Part shown: one piece after another, positions 54,201 through 64,000 of the stretch | Layout of the letters: the number at the start of each line of letters is the position of its first letter | Position numbering within the stretch: position 1 is the stretch's first letter | Assembly (NCBI RefSeq): GCF_026210795.1 | Contig: NC_089430.1 | Location: 3,534,001 to 3,598,000 of the forward strand | Source of the DNA: Rhizophagus irregularis | Lineage: Eukaryota | Direction of reading: 5' to 3' | DNA length: 64,000 nt | Position numbers and translations under genes: made by a program | Notes under the pieces: generated by a model | What the model was told of the DNA's origin: nothing | What the model saw: only the letters and a program-made list of their open reading frames with translations | Databases searched by the model: none

Positions 54201-55227
54201 TAGACGCTATAATTGGAAAATCAAAGATCGATATTATTGGCCACAATTAGAAGAAGATGTAAAAGAATATATAAGAACTTGCGATATTTGTCAAAGAAGA
54301 GGACCTACCAATCGGCGAAAAGAACTGATACCAATACTAGTTAAGGGGCCATTTTACAGGATAGGAATTGACATTAAAGGACCATTACCAATCACTAGTA
54401 GCGGAAATAGATATATTATTGTTGCCATGGATTATTTTACAAAATGATCAGAAGCAAGAGCGATATCCAATATTAAAGCAGAAATAGTAGCTAAATTTAT
54501 TTATGAAGAAATTATTTGTAGACATGGAGTTCCACAAGAAATTCTATTAGATAGAGGAACATCATTTATGAATAAATTAATTGATGAATTATGCGAAAAT
54601 TATCAAACTAAACATCGCCTTACCTCAGCTTATAGATCTCAAACAAATGGAATAGTTGAAAGATTTAATCAGACAATTGGTGAATGTATAGCAAAACTAG
54701 TTCAAGATAATAATAAGGAATGGGATCAATTAATTGATGCAGTACTTTTGGTATATCGAACGAAAAAACATAATACTACAGAAAAAACACCATTCTATTT
54801 AACTTATGGACGAGAAGCAACTTTACCAATTGATTTAAAAATTCCATCACAAATATCTCAAAATGAAAAAGATCCAATGCAAAAACAAATTTATCAATTG
54901 ATAGTTGAATTAGAGGAAGAACGAAATGATGTTTCATTAAGAATTGAAAAAGAACAAACGAAGCAAAAACAAGTATATGATCAACAAGGAATCTCAGAAA
55001 AATTAAAAATAGGAGATCAAGTCTTAGTAGAATGAACGTGGCTTAAAAATAATTTCTCAGCAAAATTAGAAAATAAGTGGATAGGACCTTATTTTATTCA
55101 TGAAGTACTTAACGATAATGTTTATAAACTTAGAAATTTAGATGGAAAACTAATTAAAAATGTAATTCATGGGAATAGACTTAAGCAATATCATAAGCGA
55201 AGATTAGAACTGATAGTTATAATTTGA
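51217..55227 (+). pseudogene. pol pseudogene: NUDIX hydrolase, aspartic protease, RT, RNase H, integrase
   Basis: Nudix box at 51457-51525; LIDSGA at 51841; RFCINYKPLN, YPLPRID, LDLASGYWQI, MPFGLCNAPATFQ, YHDD (for YLDD); NASIIGLGAVL, NYAITELE; CDIC, IGIDIKGPLP, QTNGIVERFN, WIGPY. Multiple nonsense mutations. Confidence 0.93.
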
Positions 55228-55270
55228 AAAATCATACAGAGTTTAAAAATAATTTTATTAAAATAGAAAA

Positions 55271-55639
55271 TTATAATTGTTTATTAATATTATTATCATC
55301 AACATATTCAAGACCATCGGCAACAAATATCTGGTCATAAAAAGTAGTAGAGAAGGAGGAATCGGTCGAATCTTCATCAGGCTTATATTCTATTAAATGC
55401 TCTGGTACTTGAAAAAAATGACTAACAGGAGCGTGCCAAGTAAAAGTAGCTATTTCATAGTCCTTTTTTAGTTGACCTAATTCTTTCCTTAGTTCGACGA
55501 TTTCTTCATCCTGCTGTATAATCTTCTTTTGGGCTTCCCAACATTCTTTTTGGATAATGGCCCACAGTTCATTATGGAATTGCGTTTCTTCTTCTTGTTG
55601 ACAAATTTGCCCAGATTGCAAAATTCCAAACTCTGTCAA
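55271..55639 (-). CDS. Antisense accessory ORF inside the Gypsy element (coiled-coil-like, unknown function)
   Basis: 122-aa open frame between the integrase and 3' LTR, with heptad-like QKKIIQQDEEIVELRKELGQLKKDY. True start uncertain. Confidence 0.45.
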   Translation of the reverse strand: MTEFGILQSGQICQQEEETQFHNELWAIIQKECWEAQKKIIQQDEEIVELRKELGQLKKDYEIATFTWHAPVSHFFQVPEHLIEYKPDEDSTDSSFSTTFYDQIFVADGLEYVDDNNINKQL

Positions 55640-56454
55640 AGTTGTAACTTCTTTTTATAAGGATTGAACTTGATCTTGTATTAATAAATGGAAGAATAGA
55701 AACACCAAATTAGTCAAAGACTAAGTGAATAAATCGATAATCCAGAAAAGTTCTACAGGGGGAGTCCATTTAAGACTAAATATCCTAGAGGTACAAGTAT
55801 TCCATCTGCAAGCTGAAAAGAGAAATCAACCGTTCAAGAACTGGATATAAGATCGAAATCCTGTCTGCAAGCTATTCCCGTTTAAAAAACATTTTAAGAA
55901 TCTTGTGTGCAATATTCACCCTTAAGTTGATGAACTTGTAATTTACAAGCAGCCTTTAGTGCCTTAAATCGAGCTTGTGATTTTTTGGAGGAAGTTTTTG
56001 AACGACGGCACGGCATTTTAATATAAGAGTGTTAAGGGAATTATATGAGTTTTGACAAAAGTGATAGATGCAAAAGATTTTGCGATGAAGTGAAGAAAAG
56101 GAGATAGGAAAAATTAGGTTCTTAAATAAGAAAAAGATACGACGTGAAAAAATACGTTCTAGTTAAAATAACAAAAATGACGCGAAAAATTCAATAATAA
56201 CTGATAATTATTACATGTGGAAATAATTAAGGAGAAGAAAAAGTTATTTTTAGAACAAGGAGAAATGTTTCAAAATAGTAATACACGATTAACTAATTTA
56301 AGGGTAAAATCAATCAAACTAAATTAGTGGAACAATAATGTCATGATCTACTGAAATTAGTAGTTGATCACTAATAATATTAATTAATTAAGTGTGACAA
56401 TAAAATTCTTATTTAAAGACACATTCTATTTTGTTATGTTTCACTTTTCTCATC

Positions 56455-56821
56455 ATGACGCCTTACGAAATTGTGTTATAAGACTTATTAATTGAAGAAA
56501 ACAGTTCTCACGAATTGCGAAATGGATGATAAAACAAAAATTCATGTGACTTACCGATGTTTGTTAAGAGCTCAACGACTAAAACAAAGAATTCCAGCTT
56601 TAGTTTTCGCATATTTTTTAGGACAGCTTATTGAACAAAAGGAACTAACAAAAAAGCAAGTTAAACAAATAGTTTCAGAACATTATTATTGGATTTCTGT
56701 TCGTGTTTATTATATTTTCGAGATAAATCCTATTCAAATTTATTGTACTGTTAATACTACTGTTAATTTAATAAAACCTTTAAGACAAAATAAAATTAAG
56801 TAATTGGTATTGGAAATTTAA
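56455..56821 (+). pseudogene. Sense accessory ORF remnant just before the PPT (unknown helical protein)
   Basis: ATG at 56455, an early stop/frameshift, then KIHVTYRCLLRAQRLKQRIPALVFAYFLGQLIE...HYYWISVRVYYIFE. Confidence 0.45.
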
Positions 56822-56857
56822 AGACTCACAGGAGTTCGTTCTTTAAGGAGGGGAAAG

Positions 56858-57481
56858 TGTTAAAATAGAAATGTGGCGCAGTAATTTTATGTAGATCAAT
56901 TTTGTAGATTATTTTGTAGATCTCTTGATTTTTTCGATTTTCTTGATTTTCTTGATTTTCTTGATTTATTTGATAAATCTGATAAATCTGATAAATTTGA
57001 TATATTTGATTTATTTATTTTATAAATTTTATTTATTTTATTTGTTATATTTTATTTATTTGATATATTTATTTTATTTTATTTATTTTATTTATTTATT
57101 ATATTTGTTTTATTTATTTTATCAAATATTCTTGATTTTTATTTTATTATAAATAGTGATAGGATTTTACCAAGTAGAAAAGGAGGGTAGTCAGTTAGTT
57201 AAGAATTGTATTGTAGTATTCGAGTTATACGAAAAGAGTATTATTTCCAGTAGTATAATTCAAGATAGTTAATTTCGCAACCAAGAGATTATCTATATTT
57301 TTCGTTATATTTAAAATCTTACATTATTTTAATAAAAACCTATTTTCTTTAACTAAACATCCAACGGTATTTCACATGATTATTTGTGATCGACTTAAGA
57401 CTCTCCTATTAAGTTAAACTCCAGTTAACCTGTTAAAGCGTTAAAGTTTTTCAGTTGGCTTTAATCGTTGACAGGATAACA
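56858..57481 (+). repeat. 3' LTR
   Basis: Direct repeat of 48002-48613, preceded by a polypurine tract. Confidence 0.95.
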
Positions 57482-58639
57482 ATATAAAGGGTTTAATTGT
57501 ATTTCAGTTATAAAACATTGGCACTTAATATTTATTGTTAAACTATTTGCTAAACTTCTTCCTATAGGTACTATTTTACTACAGCGAAAACCAAATCTAT
57601 ACAAAGAGTTTGTTTGTCCAAGATGCAATGCTAACAAAGAAGAAAACAGACACCATTTTATTGAATGTGAGGCCAATAAGAACTTATGGCCTATAATCAA
57701 AAGCAGAATGCAAAATGATATGATTTCCATAATCCAAAAATAGAGTAATATAACAGAGGATACACCTAAGATTATAAATAAGAAATTAAACCAGATACTA
57801 GAAACACAGTATGATAACAAAAAATTTTTTGATTTTTGCTTACTAGCCTTGGAAGCTAAGATTGACACTAATTTTTCCAAAATATCAAAACAAATATTTG
57901 GATTTTCAGAGTCAAAAAACATTTTATTTTTGGCCTCACTTCTGAACTTTTTCATCATTCACTTTAAGGAACTAATTTGGTTGCCTAGATGTAATGCTAC
58001 TAATGCATGAAAAAAGGCTAAAAATATTGGAAAAAAAGACAAATTAAATGAATCTGAAAATATGGATCATTATTTCAAATCCCCTCATCAAGCAATTAAA
58101 ACAGAATAAACAACAATCAAAGAAGAATAATATGACAAATTCACAGGAAGATCAAATGGAGTTTGGTGATACATCATTGGAATTGGACTCAGTACAGCCT
58201 GAAAACTTAAAAAATGAAAATCTCATATTATCAAAATGCTACAAAATGAGAAAAAAAGCTCAAGATCAAATGTGTTTACTAATTAATAACAACTGGTGGT
58301 TTAGTTGGGCTTATAAAAAGACAAAAAATGTTGTGAACAATGTTATAATTGATTTAGCAATAGTATAATTAATCTTAATTTGGAATTATATATAAATTTA
58401 CCAAATTTAAAAGGAAAAAAGGGAGGAAAAAATATATATATATATATAATAATAACAATAATTAATAGATATAATATTAATTATTTTTATTCTATAATCA
58501 ATAGACAACACTAATTATTTTTATTCTATATTTATTCTTATCTATATTTTGATGATTGCATCCTACTGGGTGGATATAGCTTATGATAATTTGTTTGTAT
58601 GATATATAAACTACATATCAATAAAGCATATATAAATCA

Positions 58640-58673
<34 letters not shown>

Positions 58674-58886
58674 TAATTTAAATCTTGAGCAAAAAATAAG
58701 TACATTAAAAGTATATTTTAAGAGTATTTTAGGCATATTTTAGGTATATTATAAGTATACCGTGAATTAAAATTGATACTTATTTTAAGTATATTTTAAT
58801 AAAATTTTAAGTATATTTTAAGTATAAAGACTTTTCATAGGATTATTATAAGTAAGCGGAGTCCTGTTTGATGGGTATATTGGGAT

Positions 58887-59816
58887 TAGTGTTCTGAACG
58901 GGTCAGGTCAGGTCAGGTAATCCGTCTTACCTGACCTGACAAAAAAAATCGGGTCGGGTCAGGTTGGGTAACCTGTCTTATCTGACCCAACCCGTTAACC
59001 CGTTTGACCTGTGTATCAAAAATGACTAAAAAAATAAAAAAAACCTGGGATTTTAATTGAAAACGTCAAACCCGACATTTTTAGTTAAAGAAAAGTTTTT
59101 TTTTAATGAAAAACGTCAAATCTGACATTTTTTAGTTAAAAAAAACAAAAAAACATCAAACTTGACATTTTTTAGTTAAAAAAAAAACAAAAAAACATCA
59201 AACTTGACGTTTTTTTGTTAAAAAAGCAACGTTTCGGCATTTTTTTTAATATAATTTACATGAAAAAATGCTGAAACGTTTTTTCTTAATAATAATGCAA
59301 AAAAAAACATTTTGACATTTTTTTTTTATAATTTTATACGAAAAAACGCCAAAACATTTTTTCTGTAATAATTAATACAAAAAAATGTTTCAGTGTTTTT
59401 TTTTAATAATTTTATATGAAAAAACGCCAAAACGTTTTTCTATAATATAATTAATACAAAAAAATGTTTCGGCATTTTTTTTCTAATAATTTTATATGAA
59501 AAAATGCCAAAACGTTTTTTCTATAATATAATTAATACAAAAAAAACGTTTCGGCATTTTTTTTTCTAATAATTTTATATGAAAAAATGCCAAAACATTT
59601 TTTCTTAATAGTAATGCAAAAAAAAACGTTTTTGGTATTTTTTTTTACATATTTGACCCATCTGACCAGAAATATTATGTCAGGTCAAATGGGTCAACGG
59701 GTCAGGTCAAACTGTGATCTGACCCGAGGTCGGGTCATGAATTTGATGACCCGACCTGAAATTTTCAGGTCAACCCAACGGGTCACCTGAATTAACCTGA
59801 CCCATTCAGAACACTA
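58887..59816. mobile_element. hAT-type MITE with GGTCAG/ACCCG subterminal repeats and an internal minisatellite
   Basis: TIR TAGTGTTCTGAAYGGGTCAGG at both ends; 8-bp TSD ATTGGGAT / ATTGGAAT. Confidence 0.88.
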
Positions 59817-59827
59817 ATTGGAATTAT

Positions 59828-60105
59828 GATCAGATTTTCAGTGAGGTACTCCTACCATATTACTATACTTCATTTGATGGACAGCTTTTTCATTCTAATG
59901 CACCTTGAAGACTTTTGCAAATATAGGCATACTAATATTGACATTCTGACAGTTATTGAAAAGGAGCGAAGGATCAGATTTTAGTGTGCGTACTCCTACC
60001 ATATTACTATACTTCATCTATTTAATAGTTTTCTCATCCTAACGCACTCAAGACTTTTGCAACATCGGGCCCACTAATATCGACGTTCGACAGTTGTCGA
60101 GAAAG
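59828..60105. repeat. Two diverged tandem copies of a ~145-bp unit
   Basis: GATCAGATTTT..GTACTCCTACCATATTACTATACTTCAT...AAGACTTTTGCAA...ACTAATAT.GAC occurs at ~59828 and ~59972. Confidence 0.75.
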
Positions 60106-60366
60106 TAAAGTTAAAGCTCCGAAGTACTTCAGCCTAGTCTTTTTATCATTGATTCTATTAGGTCCTATGGAGTAGATGCGGACTTCTTTACGAAGTTTAC
60201 TTAGATCTGGATTTATATTAATGTTATTAGGGCGTTTTGGTTAAAAGTTATTTCTTTTTATTGCGGGGAAAATTAAATTTATCCGTAGTTAAGGTTCTTT
60301 CTGCTCTTGATCTACGATTAGTTTTAAAAAAAATTTTACTATAGTAAAATTAAATTATCGTAAGCT

Positions 60367-61050
60367 AGTTGCCTTACCTAAACCTCTTCAAAATTCTACG
60401 ATTAGTTTCTCTAAAATTTTACTATAGTATTATTATCATTTCAGTAAGGTTTTAGCAATTTCAGCACTTATAATAAGTTTCGTTAGTTTTGATTTCTTTT
60501 CTGTAGCTTTCGCCAACTTTTTAATAAGACTTTCATATAGTTTCGGCAAAGTTTTACCATTTCGGCATTTCGCTAATTTACTAAAACCCCTAGTTTCTTC
60601 AGCAACTTTATCTGTACTAGTACAGTAGGTCCTGTAGTTTCTATCACGTAAAAAGAGAGACAACTGCTAAGATAGATTGTTCCTAAACGTGTTTTACTCT
60701 CTAAGCATAATTACCATTTGACAGTGCACATGTAGGGTATTTTATAATATGACAAGTAGTTCGTTAATTAATAATGTTAGGTTTTAGTAATAGACTTTAT
60801 TGTCTGAAGTAAAGTTGCTTGCCGAAACCTAGGGGTTTAGGCAAGATGGCGTTTCGCCAAAAAGCGAAATTCTGCCGAAACTATATTAAAGTTATATTAA
60901 AAAACTGGCGAAACTTTGGAGAAAGGCGAAACTGCCGAAACTTATTATAAATGCCAAAACTGCTGAAACTCTGCCGAAACTATAATAAATCTATAGTAAA
61001 ATTTTGACGAAACTAATCGTAGGATTTTGAAGAGGTTTAGACAAGCAACC
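60367..61050. mobile_element. Foldback/MITE with long inverted arms and GCCGAAAC-type subterminal repeats
   Basis: GTTGC...CTAAACCTCTTCAAAAT.CTACGATTAGTTTC mirrored at 61005-61050. The right flank is TTA (Harbinger-like), but the TSD is not clean. Confidence 0.7.
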
Positions 61051-61583
61051 TTAGTCCGAAGCGTAAGCGTAGGACACTTCCATTCTACTCCATACCATGC
61101 ATGTTGGTGTCTGTCCGCACGCGTGTATGGCCAATAAAATCTAAGGATCAGGTGTAACCTTAAATTTGTTTACGTGCATCTTTATGCCTCTGATTTTAAA
61201 AATATCTTTATAAAGTCACATGACTACTGTTTATACGTTAAATTTAAAAATTTTTTTATCCCCGATTTAAATTTTCTTATTTCTTAAAAGTTTTTTATGG
61301 CATTCAAATAATAAATTAATTTTTTTTTTACTCATAATTTTTACATTTTGTATTTTTTTTAATTAAATGTTAACTTTTTATTTTTTTTTTGACAATCAGT
61401 TTTAATAAATTAAAAATTTGCAACACAGTACAAAGTATGAAAGTATGATAATAAAATGACATTTTTTAGTGATACTATTACTTTTTTTAGCATTTTTAGT
61501 GTTATATTTTTAGTGTTCAGTTTAAATTTATGAACATGTAATTTATGATGCTTCGGACACACCAACGGTTACCATTTCCTAGT
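61051..61583 (+). mobile_element. Helentron/DINE-1 (HINE)-like non-autonomous rolling-circle element
   Basis: Subterminal inverted repeat GTCCGAAGC (61054-61062) / GCTTCGGAC (61550-61558), GTCTGTCCG near the 5' end, and a 3' end CTAG followed by TT. Confidence 0.5.
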
Positions 61584-64000
61584 TATACAAATTGTATTCT
61601 GTTTATTTTCTTTTACTTAATAAATTAGCGAATGTGCTGCAGTTAAAAAAAAAAATAGTTATCTTCAATTCATTTGTCTGTTAAAGTGAGTCAAGCCCTT
61701 CTATAAAGTAAAAGGACAACTATAGTATGATGAGTCTAATATTACTACCAAAACCAGCAAAACAAAAGAAAAAAGTCAATATTTTTTCAAAAAATTCCAG
61801 GTTTTTTCTGAATATTGTAGACTACGAATCAAAAGTTTTATTTTTGCAAGTAAAAATGTAGTTTTTTTAAGTAGTTCAGTAACAAAGTCACTTTTTTGCA
61901 AAATTATTTTTTTGGAAAATTTTTGGGTGTGAGATCTACTAGAAAGAGTTTTAGTTACAAGTATTTATTAATATATACAGAATACAAAAAAGTAAAAAAA
62001 AATAAACAGCTATAGTAATATTAGATATACAGAATATGCCTTATAAAATCATATGTAAATTAAATAATTGGTTAGTCTATTAGCTTAAAATAAATATTAC
62101 TAATAAAGACATTTACAAAAATATCAAATTTTTGAAGTAAAAGAAATATGAATATTATCATTAGTATTAAAGTACAAGTAAAAAATGTGGATAGTATTGT
62201 TAATATTATGATATGAAGTAACAAAAAAGTAAAAAAAATGTATTAGTATTAAAATAATAAGTATTAATAAACAAATATATAAATGTATTATACATAATTA
62301 AAAAATATTGAACAAAAAAATAAAAAAATAAAAAAATAAAACAAAATAAAAAATGAACATGTTATTAGTATTAAGATAAAAAAATGTAGCTAGTATTATT
62401 AGTATTGTTAATATTAAAGTACAAGTAAAAAGAAATAAAAGAAATATGAATAGTATTATTAATATTATAATATAAAATAATAAAGTAGTAAAAAATACTA
62501 GTATTAAAATAACAAATATTTCTATACTTGCAAAGTAATATATGTAAATATATTGTAAATAATTTTAATGTTAAAATATATTGAACAAAAAAATAAAGAA
62601 ATATAAAAACTAAAAAGAGATAAAAAAAAATTAAAAAATATTAGATAAAAGAAGAAAAGGAAAAACAAAAAAATAAATAAGACAAAAAACACATATATAA
62701 TTCAGCCTAATTTTGATTGATCAGAAAAAATGATATTATAAAATTATAGAAATTCTCAACATGAACATGATATAAATAAATTGTGATTGAATTTGTGTTG
62801 ATAATTCTGGTAAAAATTTGTTTTTTTTTGGCCAAATTTTGTTAAATTTATTAAATTTATATTGAACTTGTATTGAATTTGTATTGTTAATTTTTTAATT
62901 TATCACAAGAGGATGATATTTATTAACTATAAAGGTCATATGTAAATTTACTTAACTAAAATATAAATATATATAAATTAGCAGTTTAATACCTTAGAAT
63001 TCCAGCAGATTTCTACTAATTAGCAGTTTAATGCCTTAGAATTCCAGCAATTTTCTACTAATTAGTAATTTAACACCAATAGAATTTAAGAAAAAAATAA
63101 GGTAAAAACTATTAGTAAAGAGCTAATTTTCTAAGTGACTTTTATTATAAGTAAGCAGGATCCTGTTACCATCTTATTCCACTTTAGCTGTATCTTATAT
63201 ATGTAATGTGCATGATAATCTGGCATTAATTTCACATAATATAAACTTTAATTACAACATATACAAATTATGAATTTTTGTGATGCAGAATTTTTATTAT
63301 ATAAAGAAACTAATTTCCATTAATTTACATTAATTTATTAAGATAGTGAAATTCAATAAACCAGAGCTATTAGTTCCACTAAAAATATCCAGTTTATTGG
63401 GATATCTAGTATAATGGAAAAATTTTGATATACTAAAAATCTATTATACTGAATTTTTAAAAAATTTTTTATGCTAATAAAACTAATAATTATACACTAT
63501 ATTTTAATTTTTTTATCTTAGTTTTAAGTCATGAAAATGAATATAAAATATTTTTAACTGAATATATAAGTAATATATAACTTCAGCCAGAATTAAGGTT
63601 TTATAATTCTGACCAAAATAAAGATTTACCGCATCACTTGTTAATTATCACGTGATCCTATTTATCGAATCATCTGGTTAGAAAATTGATCCGTTATAGC
63701 GAATATCAAGCTTTTACTAGTAAACTCCGGTATATCGAAACTATTTTAATATATGTGATTTGGTTCCAACAAAAAAGTCCGGTTTAGGCAAATTCGGTTT
63801 ATCGAATTTCATTGTGTATGTTGTAAATTTAAATTTACAGTAAAGTGTTATTATACGACCAAACAGGATTATGTTTTTGACATTATTGCATAAAATATTA
63901 TTTAGATTAAATATTACATAATTATATCAAATTTTATAGGTAAAATACCAACTAGCTTATTGAGTGAAACATGATCTTGAATGTCTGAATAATATAATAT

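Larger units (their letters stand above)
48002..57481 (+). mobile_element. Full-length, decayed Ty3/Gypsy LTR retrotransposon carrying a NUDIX domain
   Basis: LTRs at 48002-48613 and 56858-57481 (TG...CA); 4-bp TSD ATAT; PBS TGGTGCGAGTTGGG right after the 5' LTR; PPT AAGGAGGGGAAAG at 56845-56857. Domain order is gag-NUDIX-PR-RT-RH-IN. Confidence 0.95.
46421..58670 (+). mobile_element. 5'-truncated LINE (RNase H C-terminus + zinc finger + 3' tail), split by Tc1 and Gypsy insertions
   Basis: KVKGYS...NEMVDKLAK at 46499+. The frame resumes at 57486 (KGFNC...LLPIG...CPRC...HHFIEC). A-rich/(TA)n tail; TSD ATATAATTTAA at 46410-46420 and 58671-58681. Confidence 0.8.
46006..58842. mobile_element. 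piggyBac-like palindromic MITE
   Basis: TIR CCCTATGAAAAGTTTTTATACTTAAA / reverse complement TCCTATGAAAAGTCTTTATACTTAAA; 4-bp TSD TTAT. The empty-site sequence GTGAC.TTTATTATAAGTAAG is present at ~63135-63155. Confidence 0.75.
45798..58866. mobile_element. Second CAGGA-family MITE, outer shell of the second nested stack
   Basis: TAGGACTCCGCTTACTTATAA ... TTATAAGTAAGCGGAGTCCTG. The uninterrupted version of its right arm is seen at ~63075-63165. No matching TSD. Confidence 0.75.

Noticed and set aside
55036..55227. Chromodomain at the end of the Gypsy integrase
   Set aside because: The frame ends shortly after the GPY/SH3-like module, with no YLVKW-type motif.
56925..57152. Hydrophobic 75-aa ORF (env- or membrane-like)
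   Set aside because: It is a translation of T-rich microsatellite sequence inside the 3' LTR.
57461..57958. 165-aa minus-strand ORF
   Set aside because: It is the antisense shadow of the plus-strand LINE zinc-finger region.
61600..64000. Possible genes at the right end of the window
   Set aside because: The sequence is very AT-rich and low-complexity, with MITE remnants and no exon chain or ORF support.

Overview
This is AT-rich, intron-dense eukaryotic (fungal) DNA. Gene content, short introns and the transposon repertoire suggest a glomeromycete such as Rhizophagus, but this is inference. Two islands of conserved housekeeping genes are present. The first (1-10.3 kb) holds an SREK1/SRSF11-like splicing factor, RPA49, COX23, LUC7 and PEX5. 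The second (23.7-37.5 kb) holds MPP6, an SLF2/Nse6-like gene, RTC1/WDR24, SOF1, DPM1 and an Aurora kinase. Between and after them lie transposon graveyards that resolve into two deep nested stacks, with target-site duplications (TSDs) readable at most levels (12.1-21.9 kb and 45.8-58.9 kb). The most striking object is a full-length but decayed Ty3/Gypsy LTR retrotransposon (48002-57481). Its pol region encodes a NUDIX/MutT-like hydrolase domain directly upstream of the aspartic protease, and it also has an extended Gag N-terminus and extra ORFs before the 3' LTR. Other notable items are candidate poison exons in LUC7, a MULE transposon with telomere-like repeats and atypical ends, a Helentron/DINE-1-like element, and an identical CGCG 10-mer upstream of two chromosome-biology genes. 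All calls were made by eye without database searches.
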